Of a DNA stretch of 64,000 bases, positions 47,980 to 57,386 are shown piece after piece. Below the pieces are notes generated by a model that saw only the letters and a program-made list of their open reading frames with translations, did no database searches and had not been told where the DNA came from. The stretch covers positions 62,001 to 126,000 of the IMG/VR virus record IMGVR_UViG_3300032236_002285; one strand, 5' to 3'. How positions within the stretch are numbered: position 1 is the stretch's first letter; each line of letters starts with the position of its first letter. Made by a program: the position numbers and the translations under genes.

Positions 47980-48546
47980 TTATTTATTGTAGGTTAATTT
48001 GTAGATAGTTCTATATAACAAGGCTACTACCTCGTCTACTAAATTATGTAGATGTGTATCTTTCTCATCAAAGCATTTTCTTTCTGCTCTTATCCATTCA
48101 ACAACTTCTTTGAAGTAGTCTAATTTATCTTTAGATTTAGTATCTGTTGTATCAATTTCGTCATATCCTTCAAGTAGACCATATTGACCTTGATAAACCT
48201 CAACAATTTCATCAATATGTTCAATTACGCCTTCATAGTAAGCTTCTAAAGCTAGGTGAGCAGCGTGTGAACCCATATCACCTTTAACTGTCCAGTGATA
48301 AACTTGAGCCATTTCTCTTGATTGTAATAATTTAGACATGAATTTAACAACGGTTACATCACCTGTTGTTTCTGTTTTTTCTTCTTCGGCCTCATCTTTA
48401 TTATCTTCGGCTTCTTTAGTCTTAGATTGACCAGCCATTAACTTAATCAATTCTTCTTTTGACATATCTTCATAGTTTTCAGGAAGATTAGCTTCTGATT
48501 CGAATATCTTCTTTTTAACTGGTTTAAAATCTGAAAATTTTTTCAT
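47980..48546 (-). CDS. Ferritin/Dps-like four-helix protein with CTS-like N-terminus
   Basis: YHWTVKG, HLALEAYYE, IDEIVEVYQG, YKLT. Confidence 0.7.
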   Translation of the reverse strand: MKKFSDFKPVKKKIFESEANLPENYEDMSKEELIKLMAGQSKTKEAEDNKDEAEEEKTETTGDVTVVKFMSKLLQSREMAQVYHWTVKGDMGSHAAHLALEAYYEGVIEHIDEIVEVYQGQYGLLEGYDEIDTTDTKSKDKLDYFKEVVEWIRAERKCFDEKDTHLHNLVDEVVALLYRTIYKLTYNK

Positions 48547-48582
48547 TTTTAATTTTTAATTTTTATAAAGTATATATTACTT

Positions 48583-48795
48583 TTATAAATCCGATATTCT
48601 TTCATCGGTTTGTTCAATATTATCTATTGTATAGTTAGAACCGTTTTCAATTGATGACAAAGCTGAATCTGCTAAGTATCCTGCTTCACCTTCATTTTCG
48701 GCTGGTATGATTAACTCAACTTGAGCAATTACTTTGTAGTATTTCTGATTTGAGTTATTTTCTAGTATTTTACTGAATTTCTTCATTTTTATCAT
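48583..48795 (-). CDS. Small hypothetical protein with CTS-like N-terminus
   Basis: MKKFSKILEN. Confidence 0.65.
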   Translation of the reverse strand: MIKMKKFSKILENNSNQKYYKVIAQVELIIPAENEGEAGYLADSALSSIENGSNYTIDNIEQTDERISDL

Positions 48796-49891
48796 TTATT
48801 ATTTTTGATATTTTCTTTTTAATGTTGTCACCATTTTTATTGAACTGTCTACCCCAATACTCAATAAACTGTTTACAACTCATTTTTCTGAAAGTATCTA
48901 AAGGTATAATTGGTTTTGCATTTTGGTCTTTTACTTCTTTTTCATAAACTTCAACCCACATTTGTTTTAACTTATCAGCAACTTCTTTTTCATCTTTACA
49001 ACCAGCTAGAAGCTCATTACTCGTATCTTTCCAATTGTAGTGAGCCGATATTTCATTAATTAGATATACATAAAACATATCAGCATCAAATTTTTGCATC
49101 TTATCAAATGTTTGCCAAATTTTAAATTCTTTAACATCCTTCTCAGGATATTTTGTAATAAAGTATTTAATTTCTTGAACATTGGCGTTCATCTCGTGTG
49201 ATTCACTCATATAAATATACTTTAGAAATTCACTATTCCATTTTTGCCAAATAGCTTTAGGGAATTTCCATTTGTTATTTTCAGCGTATGTAAGAGATGT
49301 GTTAAAGCTTCTATCATAAATAGGTCTATACTCACCTCTTTTTGTTCCTTTTTTAGTTCTTTTATAGTGTTCGTAACAGTGATTTAACTCATGATATAAA
49401 GTAGAAGCTATCCCATCTATTATAGATTCTTTATGTTCTGGTTTATTTATATCAAAATTAATTTTATCAATATCAATACCAACAGATAATTGAATAATAA
49501 GTCCGTGATCTGTAACTTGTTTTACTGGTTTAACAATTTTAGAATAATTTTTCCAGTTTTTATTACCAAATCCTGAGGCATAACCACCTATGGCTGTGTA
49601 ATTTGCATAACCATATAAAGAATTAAATTTTAAAGGCATCATTTTTTTGAAATCTAATATTAGTTCAAATCCAACTACTGGGAAGTCAGCATATAATTGT
49701 TTATCCTTTATATAAGGAACTAATGTTCTGTATTTTATCTCAACTCTTTCGTCTAATTTTGTTTCTTTTGAATTTAAAAAATCTATAAAACTATAGTATG
49801 TTTTATTCTCAAGAACATCAACAAACATTAAACTTGATTCGGAAACACCATGTCTTTCTAGTAGAAACTGTTTAAAATTAAAAATCCCCAT
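48770..49891 (-). CDS. HExxH (zincin-like) protein with CTS-like N-terminus
   Basis: LYHELNH plus downstream ESHEMNA. Confidence 0.55.
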   Translation of the reverse strand: MGIFNFKQFLLERHGVSESSLMFVDVLENKTYYSFIDFLNSKETKLDERVEIKYRTLVPYIKDKQLYADFPVVGFELILDFKKMMPLKFNSLYGYANYTAIGGYASGFGNKNWKNYSKIVKPVKQVTDHGLIIQLSVGIDIDKINFDINKPEHKESIIDGIASTLYHELNHCYEHYKRTKKGTKRGEYRPIYDRSFNTSLTYAENNKWKFPKAIWQKWNSEFLKYIYMSESHEMNANVQEIKYFITKYPEKDVKEFKIWQTFDKMQKFDADMFYVYLINEISAHYNWKDTSNELLAGCKDEKEVADKLKQMWVEVYEKEVKDQNAKPIIPLDTFRKMSCKQFIEYWGRQFNKNGDNIKKKISKIINDKNEEIQ

Positions 49892-49922
49892 AAGTCTATA
49901 TATTAAAAACCTATGGGGATTT
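49882..49922 (-). promoter_or_regulatory. Hairpin with a late-type promoter in its loop and the start codon in its 3' arm
   Basis: 11-bp perfect inverted repeat aaatccccata/tatggggattt; loop contains TAATATATA on the minus strand. Confidence 0.65.
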
Positions 49923-49937
49923 ATTTAATTTATTAAA

Positions 49938-50375
49938 TTAGTTTTTACTATCTAATACGTCACTGAGTTGTTTGTTTCTTAAAGATTGAATATCAATATC
50001 AGTTTCAACATACTCAAAGAAATCTAATTCTACCATTTCTCTGTATTTTTTTGATTCTTCTTCATTGGCCATGTTGTGTAGTCTATTTTCAACTGACTCC
50101 CATTTATTTTTAGCCTCTGGTTTACCATATTTTTTATTGAGAGATTCATTGAATTTTTCATATTCTTCGATGCTGACTCTTAGGATATCTTCCATTTCAT
50201 ATGTGTACTCACTAATAGAACACTCCTTAAACTCTTTAGTGTTCAGTTCATCAACTTTTTGTTGAGCTTCTTCTTTTGAAAAAACTATTAGATTTGGATT
50301 CCCACCTTCTGTTGGGTTGTAAATGTTATCATCATATTCAAATCCTTTTCTTAAAATTACATACGCTTTTTTCAT
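49938..50375 (-). CDS. Hypothetical protein with C-terminal RNKQLSDVL motif
   Basis: 145-aa ORF. Confidence 0.7.
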   Translation of the reverse strand: MKKAYVILRKGFEYDDNIYNPTEGGNPNLIVFSKEEAQQKVDELNTKEFKECSISEYTYEMEDILRVSIEEYEKFNESLNKKYGKPEAKNKWESVENRLHNMANEEESKKYREMVELDFFEYVETDIDIQSLRNKQLSDVLDSKN

Positions 50376-50376
50376 A

Positions 50377-50862
50377 TTACTTTATTTCTATATTAGTTAA
50401 CCATTTATTTACTTGATGTTCCGCCATATCACAAATTTGTTCCTTTGTGAAGCCCATATTTGTCATTATATCAAATATCATTATTAAACAATCGGTTGAT
50501 TCTAATAAGATATTTTCTTTTATTTTTTCTTTACTTTCGTTACTTCTTTTATACTCAATTAGTTTAAGGATTTCTGCTGATAACTCACCATACTCTTCTC
50601 CTAATTTTAAACCTCTTTCTAAAAGACCGTGTTTTTCATACTTAGAAGCATTTGTAACTAAGTCATATACATAGTCTATCAGTGGTTCTGTTGTTATATC
50701 TTCTTTTGTTGGGTTTCCTTTTCTTTCAAATTCTTCCATTAGAATTTCTAAAATTTCAACATTGTTGGATTCTTCTTCGTTTAGCTCACTATGGAAGATT
50801 GATTCTAAGTATTTCTGAGCTTGATTGTAATCGTATAGTGTTCTAATTGGTTTTATTTTCAT
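50377..50862 (-). CDS. HigA-like N-terminal domain fused to a MazG-like NTP pyrophosphohydrolase
   Basis: MKIKPIRTLYDYNQA..LESIF..EILEILMEEFE; KLGEEYGEL...ESTD. Confidence 0.65.
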   Translation of the reverse strand: MKIKPIRTLYDYNQAQKYLESIFHSELNEEESNNVEILEILMEEFERKGNPTKEDITTEPLIDYVYDLVTNASKYEKHGLLERGLKLGEEYGELSAEILKLIEYKRSNESKEKIKENILLESTDCLIMIFDIMTNMGFTKEQICDMAEHQVNKWLTNIEIK

Positions 50863-50921
50863 AAAAAGTTAATTTCTTGAGTGTGAAAAATAATATATAC
50901 TACAAATATAATTGTTTATAC

Positions 50922-51167
50922 ATGAAATTAATAAAAAAGTTTGAAGAATTTGTTTACGGTGCTGGTTCACCTGCTCCTTCTACAAATCCTACTACAGCAC
51001 CTACAAAGCCTGCTACAAGACCTTCTACAAAGCCTGGTAAACCTAGTCCAATTAGAAGAGATAAGCCAGCTGTTGAACCAGCTCCTAAAGCTGAGAAGAA
51101 ATTAAAAACAGCTACAATGGAAGAGGTAATTCATAAGTTTGCGGACTTAACAAATCAAAAATACTAA
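50922..51167 (+). CDS. Pro/Thr-rich protein with CTS-like N-terminus
   Basis: Start revised to MKLIKKFEEF; PAPSTNPTTAPTKP. Confidence 0.7.
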   Translation: MKLIKKFEEFVYGAGSPAPSTNPTTAPTKPATRPSTKPGKPSPIRRDKPAVEPAPKAEKKLKTATMEEVIHKFADLTNQKY

Positions 51168-51168
51168 T

Positions 51169-52686
51169 ATGAAAGATTTTAAAAAATTCTTAGAAGAAGT
51201 AACTATAAAAGGCAACCCTGGTGTTCCAAACGAAGGTGATAAAAGACCTGGTGATAAAGACTATCTTAAAGATACTGAAGCAAGAGCTAAGGCTCGTTTA
51301 GGTTTATCTGGTCGTGAACACCCTATGCAAATTGGCCCTAGATTAATGCAGTTGGTTGATCAATCTCAACAAGCAACTCGTGGACACGAAGAAGAGTTAG
51401 AAAACTTAGCTAAGGAAATTATTACACAAAATTATGGTGAGATTCTTGATGGTGTTGAACTTGATATTAAATTATTAAGATCTGGTTCTCAAATTGCTCA
51501 ATTTATGCAAGACTGTGAAGAAGAACAAGATGAAGAAAAAGAAGCTCCAAAGTTTAGACAAATTCAAGATCCTGCTACAATTAATAAAATACACAAGGCT
51601 AAATTAGGTAATAATATTATTCAAGGTGAAGCTAAAAACACTAAACATATTATTGCTACTGAAGAAGTTAAGAATGGTTTGATTGATATTTTTGGACCAA
51701 AAGCTGATCAGATTTTAAATATGTGGAAAGAAATTAGTAATCTAGCTGATAAAATGGATTGGATTATTCCTATTGAAGTTAAGGCTGATATGATGGAAAG
51801 AGCTCCACAAGGTATGGCTGGTGCTGTTTCTGTTGATTGGAAACCTAAACAAAAAGAAGAAGAGGAAGAAAAAGAAGAAAGTGATGAAGACTTTGCTACT
51901 AGAATTCTTAATGACTTAGCAAATAGTGAAGAACCAAATGAAGAGGATAAAGAAGAATTTGGTGAAGAAGTTCAAGGTGCTACTCCAAGAATTAGAGCTC
52001 GTGGTATTGACTTTCCAATGTTGATTCATGAAACTGTTAAAGGTATTTATGAATTGATTGCTTCAATTCAATTTCCAGCTGAAGGTTCTTCAGAAGAAGA
52101 AGTTAAAATGGCACAAACTGTTAAATTAAATGTTTCTTCATTTGAAGATGAAGCTGAGGATTTCAGAACAGGTCCAGAGATTGCTGCTGACTTTAGAGAT
52201 TTTATCAATGAGAATCCAAATGTTGAACATCCAAATATGAGAGCATTTATTTTTGGTAAATTAATGGATTCAAATTACATTTCTGATGCTGACTTCTTAA
52301 AATTATTTAGAGGTATCTTAAATAAAACTCCAGAGGCTCGTAGAAAAATCGATGAGATGATTGATGAGATTAATCAAGAGTTAAATAGATATGAATTGGG
52401 TCAAGTTCTTGATGTTGAAGAACCATATGAACAAGAGCATGAAGAAGATGATGATACTATGATGCCAGGTAAAGCTGAGCAAGAGGTTCCTCAAAAAGCG
52501 GCTGAAGTAGATTATTCTGAATTGACTCAAAGAGAATTACAAGAATTAATTGATGATGCTTTGGATGAAGGTGATTATGATAAAGTTAGAATGTTATCTC
52601 AATATATGAAAGAAGGTAAAGAAATTTATCTAAAAGAATTAGAAAGAATTAATGAAGGTCATAACTTTCATACAAGAAGAAAATAA
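51169..52686 (+). CDS. Large acidic putative virion protein with CTS-like N-terminus
   Basis: MKDFKKFLEE; FPMLIHETVKGIYE. Confidence 0.7.
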   Translation: MKDFKKFLEEVTIKGNPGVPNEGDKRPGDKDYLKDTEARAKARLGLSGREHPMQIGPRLMQLVDQSQQATRGHEEELENLAKEIITQNYGEILDGVELDIKLLRSGSQIAQFMQDCEEEQDEEKEAPKFRQIQDPATINKIHKAKLGNNIIQGEAKNTKHIIATEEVKNGLIDIFGPKADQILNMWKEISNLADKMDWIIPIEVKADMMERAPQGMAGAVSVDWKPKQKEEEEEKEESDEDFATRILNDLANSEEPNEEDKEEFGEEVQGATPRIRARGIDFPMLIHETVKGIYELIASIQFPAEGSSEEEVKMAQTVKLNVSSFEDEAEDFRTGPEIAADFRDFINENPNVEHPNMRAFIFGKLMDSNYISDADFLKLFRGILNKTPEARRKIDEMIDEINQELNRYELGQVLDVEEPYEQEHEEDDDTMMPGKAEQEVPQKAAEVDYSELTQRELQELIDDALDEGDYDKVRMLSQYMKEGKEIYLKELERINEGHNFHTRRK

Positions 52687-52695
52687 TTATAAAAA

Positions 52696-54651
52696 ATGAA
52701 ATTATTTAAGTATAACCAATTTTTAGGTGATAAGCCATTAAATGAGAATCTAGACAAAGCTAAAAAGTTCTTGAAAGATAGATTTTTATTAAAGACTGCT
52801 GCTACTGATCTTGGATTTGTTCAAGGTGAGTTAAAAGCTCAGTTAGATCATAAAGAAAAAAGAAGCTTAGTTTTAGGTGATTTTACACCAGAACAACAAG
52901 AAGAGATAAAAGGTAAACTAAGAACTCTTAAATTAAAAGATGATGAAGTAAGAACTATTGAGAGAGATCCTGAGTTCTTAAAAATCAGAGAAGCTTTAGG
53001 TCAGCAATATATTGGTTGGACTTATCCTTTTACTTATTTCTACTTTGTTGAGATGGTTTCTATGGATGAACTATTCACAAATGAAGGAAGTATATTCAAT
53101 AAACTTATTGAGTATAAAGGTTTGTTAGATAAACTACCTAAGAAATTTGACCAAAACTTTATTGACACAAATATTCCTAACAATGCTGAGGTTTTAATTG
53201 ATGGATTAGATTCTTTAGAAGATTATAGAAAGATTAAGAAGGTAATTGATAAGTTAACACCGGTTCTTAAAAAAGACTATATGGATTCACCAGAAGTTAT
53301 TAAAGGACAATTTGCCGATGTTTGTAGAGGTTTTGACCAATTAGGTGGTGAAGATGAAGTTAAAAAAGAAAAACTATGGAAGTCATTCTTTGGTGAAGTT
53401 AGAACTATTGATACTGACCAAGTTATTCACGGTAAAGCTTATAAGAAAGGTGATAAAAGATATTTTGGACCACTTAACAGATATACTAACATTAGAGAGT
53501 TTATTAAAGCGGCTCAAAATTATTTAAAATCATCTGAGAATGAAACGGTTCTTGCTTTCTATGATAAGATTAATGCTTGTAACGAAAAATATGGTACACA
53601 AGGCGCTGATACAGTATTTGAAGAAAATGGTATTTTAATTATTGAAGTTAAATCTTTCCAAGCTAATCAATTCTTAAATGGTCACACAAGACACTGTATT
53701 AAAGATTACTCTTCACAATGGGAAAACTATGTGGCTTCACATAACAATAAACAATATTATATTTATAACTTTAATATTCCTCAATATGATAACCTCTCAA
53801 CTATTGGTATCACAATTGAACCTGGTCAAAAAATTAGAGCTTGTCACCTTAAAGATGATGCTGGATATTCGAGTAGTATTAAATCTACTTTGTCTAAATG
53901 GCAAAAAGAATATGATATTAAAGAAGACCTTTTTGCTCAACTTAAACCTATGACTGAAGAAGAAATTAGAAGAAGAGAAAGAGCTAAACTTGCTGAAAGA
54001 GAAATTATTAAGAAAGGTTTATCAATTGAACAAATTAAACAATATGTTAGAGAAGATGGTGCTAATATCAATAAAGATAATTGTGTAGCTCTTTTACATG
54101 CTGTTGAAGAAAACAACCACGAGAAAGCTAAAGTTATTTTAGAATTAGGTGGTTCTCCAAACTTGAGAAGTAAAGCAGATGCTATTATTAATAAGGCACA
54201 AGACTTAGATATGATTAAACTACTTGTTGCTAATGGTTCTGAATTAACAGGTGAGGTATTTAATAACATTTGTAATGACCTTGAGGCAGTTGAATATTGC
54301 TTAAAACAAGGATTAGATCCAAACTTTGATAACTCACTTCCAATCAGAAGATGTTGTAAAGGTGGTTGGAAATCTAAAGATGATATTGGTGAAGGTTATT
54401 TTGATGTATTCCAGTTACTTGTTAAATATGGTGCTAGATTAGCAGACGAGGGTGGTAGAAATATGGCTATCAAATGGGCGGCTGAATATGGTAGATTAAA
54501 CTTTATTGATTATATGATTAGTAAAGGTGTTAAAACAGGTTTCAAAGCAGCTTTATCTTGGTTAAATCATAGTAGAAAAACACCAGATAATGTTAAGAAA
54601 ACAACGGTTGCTTATCTTGAAGATAAAATTAAACAATACGGTGATGTATAA
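52696..54651 (+). CDS. Ankyrin-repeat-containing protein with CTS-like N-terminus
   Basis: ALLHAVEENNHEKAKVILELGGSPN, IKLLVANGS, AIKWAAEYGRLNFIDYMISKG. Confidence 0.7.
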   Translation: MKLFKYNQFLGDKPLNENLDKAKKFLKDRFLLKTAATDLGFVQGELKAQLDHKEKRSLVLGDFTPEQQEEIKGKLRTLKLKDDEVRTIERDPEFLKIREALGQQYIGWTYPFTYFYFVEMVSMDELFTNEGSIFNKLIEYKGLLDKLPKKFDQNFIDTNIPNNAEVLIDGLDSLEDYRKIKKVIDKLTPVLKKDYMDSPEVIKGQFADVCRGFDQLGGEDEVKKEKLWKSFFGEVRTIDTDQVIHGKAYKKGDKRYFGPLNRYTNIREFIKAAQNYLKSSENETVLAFYDKINACNEKYGTQGADTVFEENGILIIEVKSFQANQFLNGHTRHCIKDYSSQWENYVASHNNKQYYIYNFNIPQYDNLSTIGITIEPGQKIRACHLKDDAGYSSSIKSTLSKWQKEYDIKEDLFAQLKPMTEEEIRRRERAKLAEREIIKKGLSIEQIKQYVREDGANINKDNCVALLHAVEENNHEKAKVILELGGSPNLRSKADAIINKAQDLDMIKLLVANGSELTGEVFNNICNDLEAVEYCLKQGLDPNFDNSLPIRRCCKGGWKSKDDIGEGYFDVFQLLVKYGARLADEGGRNMAIKWAAEYGRLNFIDYMISKGVKTGFKAALSWLNHSRKTPDNVKKTTVAYLEDKIKQYGDV

Positions 54652-54652
54652 T

Positions 54653-54681
54653 AAAAAACCCACTTAATTAAGTGGGTTTTT
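54653..54681. terminator. Bidirectional terminator
   Basis: aaaaaacccactt-aa-ttaagtgggttttt. Confidence 0.85.
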
Positions 54682-54735
54682 AATTTTAAATACTTGAGAA
54701 TATTTATTTCTGAATACAAATATACGGAATATTTT

Positions 54736-55473
54736 TTATCTCTCCCTATTCCCTTTGAGGATTTGATATAAAAGCCACCCATCATTTATATCTTCATATG
54801 GTTTAGGTATTGTTGAAACAGCCATAAGTTCATCTTTTATAGATTTACAATGCTTAGACCAGAAGTCATTTATTTTATCATTTTCAATTATTGAAAGGGC
54901 CATGTCATTTTTGGTAAATTTACCACCAGGTATGCCTAACTTATTTCTATATTCTTCAACTATCTTAATCTTTTTGATACCAGTTTCTTTTCTAATTGGT
55001 TCATATGCCAGCTTACAAGCTTCTAATTTAAGAGTTGATGGAGACATAACTAAAATGTCTTCAGACACCTGGTCAAACAATTTTTTTCTCAAAAGTGTTG
55101 AGAAAGTTACTAAGTCAATAAGGTCACCTACTTGAGCACCAAAGTTATAACCTTCAATGCCTATTTTAGTTTCTTTATTAGGGTCAATATTTGCTAAGAT
55201 ATCTTCAATTATTTGATCAGTTATTGCATCATAATCTTTTAACTTAGTTAATTCACCTTCTGAATAATCCTCAAATTCTCTATACTCAATGAACTTATAA
55301 GTTACATATTGTTCAGCGGATTTGAACCATTTAGTGATTCCTTTTTTACCAAATACTTTAGATTCTCTACAATAGTTGTAGATTTTAAAACTATCACCAG
55401 AACTTACTACAAGTGCGGTTGATATTAATGAAGGGTCAATTGCTACTATATTCATAATTCTATATAGTAACAA
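54736..55473 (-). CDS. RuvC-like Holliday junction resolvase
   Basis: IVAIDPS, IGIEGY, PSTLK, DINDG acidic triad. Confidence 0.75.
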   Translation of the reverse strand: MLLYRIMNIVAIDPSLISTALVVSSGDSFKIYNYCRESKVFGKKGITKWFKSAEQYVTYKFIEYREFEDYSEGELTKLKDYDAITDQIIEDILANIDPNKETKIGIEGYNFGAQVGDLIDLVTFSTLLRKKLFDQVSEDILVMSPSTLKLEACKLAYEPIRKETGIKKIKIVEEYRNKLGIPGGKFTKNDMALSIIENDKINDFWSKHCKSIKDELMAVSTIPKPYEDINDGWLLYQILKGNRER

Positions 55474-55480
55474 TTCATGT

Positions 55481-55882
55481 CTACCACTCTCTTTCTTTAT
55501 CTTTTGGTTTGTGTCCTATTTTAGATATTACTAATTCATAGTAGGCATCAGTTTGACCAAAATCTGAAGAATACACATATAAATTAAACTCTTTTAGATG
55601 TTCATTTACATCATTAATTAGTTCAAATATCTTTGGTTCAACATAATGTAAAACAGATAAATCAATCATAGATTCATATCCGGACTCATTAAATACAATA
55701 ATAAAACAATTATCATCTTTTTCAATTAAAGATGATTGTAAAGAATCTTCTACATAGTATTCTAATTTAGGGAACTCATCAGTTATATGATAAAGTATCT
55801 CACTTAAATCTTGATATGATATATCAAAATCATTTTGTAGTGAAAATCTTTCTGTTATAAATTGATTGTATTTCTTTATCAT
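55481..55882 (-). CDS. Hypothetical protein with CTS-like N-terminus
   Basis: MIKKYNQFITE. Confidence 0.7.
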   Translation of the reverse strand: MIKKYNQFITERFSLQNDFDISYQDLSEILYHITDEFPKLEYYVEDSLQSSLIEKDDNCFIIVFNESGYESMIDLSVLHYVEPKIFELINDVNEHLKEFNLYVYSSDFGQTDAYYELVISKIGHKPKDKEREW

Positions 55883-55884
55883 AA

Positions 55885-56358
55885 TTAAACTAAGCTAAGG
55901 ACTATAGTTCTCAAATCTTTCATCCCTACGTTCATTTTTGTTTTTTCTTTGTATTCACCTTTAAGATACTGTTCAAGTTCTTCCCAGGATAAGAGTTTAT
56001 CACTTAGTCCACCAAATGATTTTTCAATATAGTATAACATTTTTACTCCTGATATTTCTTTTTCAGATATAAGATATTTTATTCTAGGTGTTACGAAGTC
56101 AATAAACTTATCATATTTTGACTTTATTTCATCTATATTATACTCATCTTTTAAACGTCTTCTATTATACTCTTCTGAATCATGATATATCTTGTCAATT
56201 AAAGCAAATACTATTGATGGTCCACGATCACTAAAGTTTTTAGAATAGTAGCAAACAGGAATACCAAAGTATTCATTGATATCCTCAATAAGGTCAACAA
56301 CTAATATTTCTAAATCATCTTTAGATTCGTTTAGAAATTGATTATATTTCTTTATCAT
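55885..56358 (-). CDS. Hypothetical protein with CTS-like N-terminus
   Basis: MIKKYNQFLNE; TAATATATA-cttt-ATG. Confidence 0.7.
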   Translation of the reverse strand: MIKKYNQFLNESKDDLEILVVDLIEDINEYFGIPVCYYSKNFSDRGPSIVFALIDKIYHDSEEYNRRRLKDEYNIDEIKSKYDKFIDFVTPRIKYLISEKEISGVKMLYYIEKSFGGLSDKLLSWEELEQYLKGEYKEKTKMNVGMKDLRTIVLSLV

Positions 56359-56373
56359 AAAGTATATATTAAT

Positions 56374-56404
56374 TTTGACAATTCAAGTATTTTCTTTATC
56401 TTTG
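56374..56404 (+). promoter_or_regulatory. Bacteroidota sigma-70-type promoter
   Basis: TTTG-N19-TATCTTTG. Confidence 0.7.
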
Positions 56405-56422
56405 TATTATAAATCACTACAA

Positions 56423-56875
56423 ATGCAAGGTCGTAAGTTAAAAAATTCAGATGCTCTTAAATTTATGTTTGCTGGTAAATCTATTGTTACTTTTTTGAAT
56501 ACCAAAACCGGCAATCGTTTTACTTTTAAGATAAAAGCCGCTAAAGACTCTAATATGTTTTTTGTTAGTATTTTGAATGGTCCTGAAAACTTTACTTATA
56601 TTGGAACTTGCATTGAAGGTAAGTTTAGACACGGTAGCAAATCTAATATATCAGCTGATGCTCAGTCTGTAAAAGTATTTGATTTTGTTTTAACTAAGCT
56701 TGTATTAGGAACTTTACCAGAGTTTGTTGAAGTTTGGCACGAGGGTCATTGTGGTAAATGTGGTAAAAGATTAACAGTTCCTTCTTCTATTAAAAATGGC
56801 TTAGGACCGGAGTGTATTAAAACTCTTACTAAGATGGAAAAAAGAGATAAATTTTTACAATTGATACTATCATGA
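56423..56875 (+). CDS. DUF6011-type zinc-ribbon protein
   Basis: CGKCGKRLTVPSSIKNGLGPEC; start revised to ATG 56423. Confidence 0.8.
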   Translation: MQGRKLKNSDALKFMFAGKSIVTFLNTKTGNRFTFKIKAAKDSNMFFVSILNGPENFTYIGTCIEGKFRHGSKSNISADAQSVKVFDFVLTKLVLGTLPEFVEVWHEGHCGKCGKRLTVPSSIKNGLGPECIKTLTKMEKRDKFLQLILS

Positions 56876-57351
56876 TTGTAGCTTTAATGCCTTTTATTTT
56901 TATTGCTTATTATATTTTTCTAATTAAAAAAAGAAAGAGTATTTCATATGATCTTAAACATGGTTTAAGATGCTTTTCTTGTAAAGAAGAAATAGAAATG
57001 AGTGATATTGATAAATATAATCTACTATCTGATATACTTAATAAGTTAAAAAATAATGAAGATGCAAAGAAATTTACCATTTGTAAATCCTGTGAGCGAA
57101 ATCAAAAATTAGATGATTTAGTTACACACAAAGGAGTATCAAGAATTAATAAATTAAAAATATTTCTTATATCTGAAAAATCAAATAAATTAAATTTATG
57201 GTTAATATTTGGCTTAGTTTTATTTCTGTTAATAGATGTCTTTTTTAGGATATTTTTTAAAATTAACTTTTTCAGCTATATTTATAATATCTATCTGTGC
57301 TTTTACTGGTGTATTATGATATACAAACAAAAAATTACTTCAATAAAATAA
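56872..57351 (+). CDS. Membrane protein with CxxC/CxxC zinc finger
   Basis: CFSC...CKSC; N- and C-terminal hydrophobic segments. Confidence 0.65.
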   Translation: MIVALMPFIFIAYYIFLIKKRKSISYDLKHGLRCFSCKEEIEMSDIDKYNLLSDILNKLKNNEDAKKFTICKSCERNQKLDDLVTHKGVSRINKLKIFLISEKSNKLNLWLIFGLVLFLLIDVFFRIFFKINFFSYIYNIYLCFYWCIMIYKQKITSIK

Positions 57352-57386
57352 AAAAAACCTCTGAAAATTAATTCAGAGGTTTTTTT
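57350..57386. terminator. Bidirectional terminator
   Basis: aaaaaaacctctgaa-aatta-attcagaggttttttt. Confidence 0.85.

Noticed and set aside
920-56632. Overlapping alternative-frame or antisense ORFs (920, 6232, 8668, 11121, 15681, 18889, 19918, 27287, 28701, 29987, 32061, 35406, 35983, 36051, 37344, 38909, 46663, 50065, 50447, 53345, 53678, 53937, 54902, 56447)
   Set aside because: Nested in well-supported genes, with L/I/F/S-rich shadow composition and no motifs or promoters
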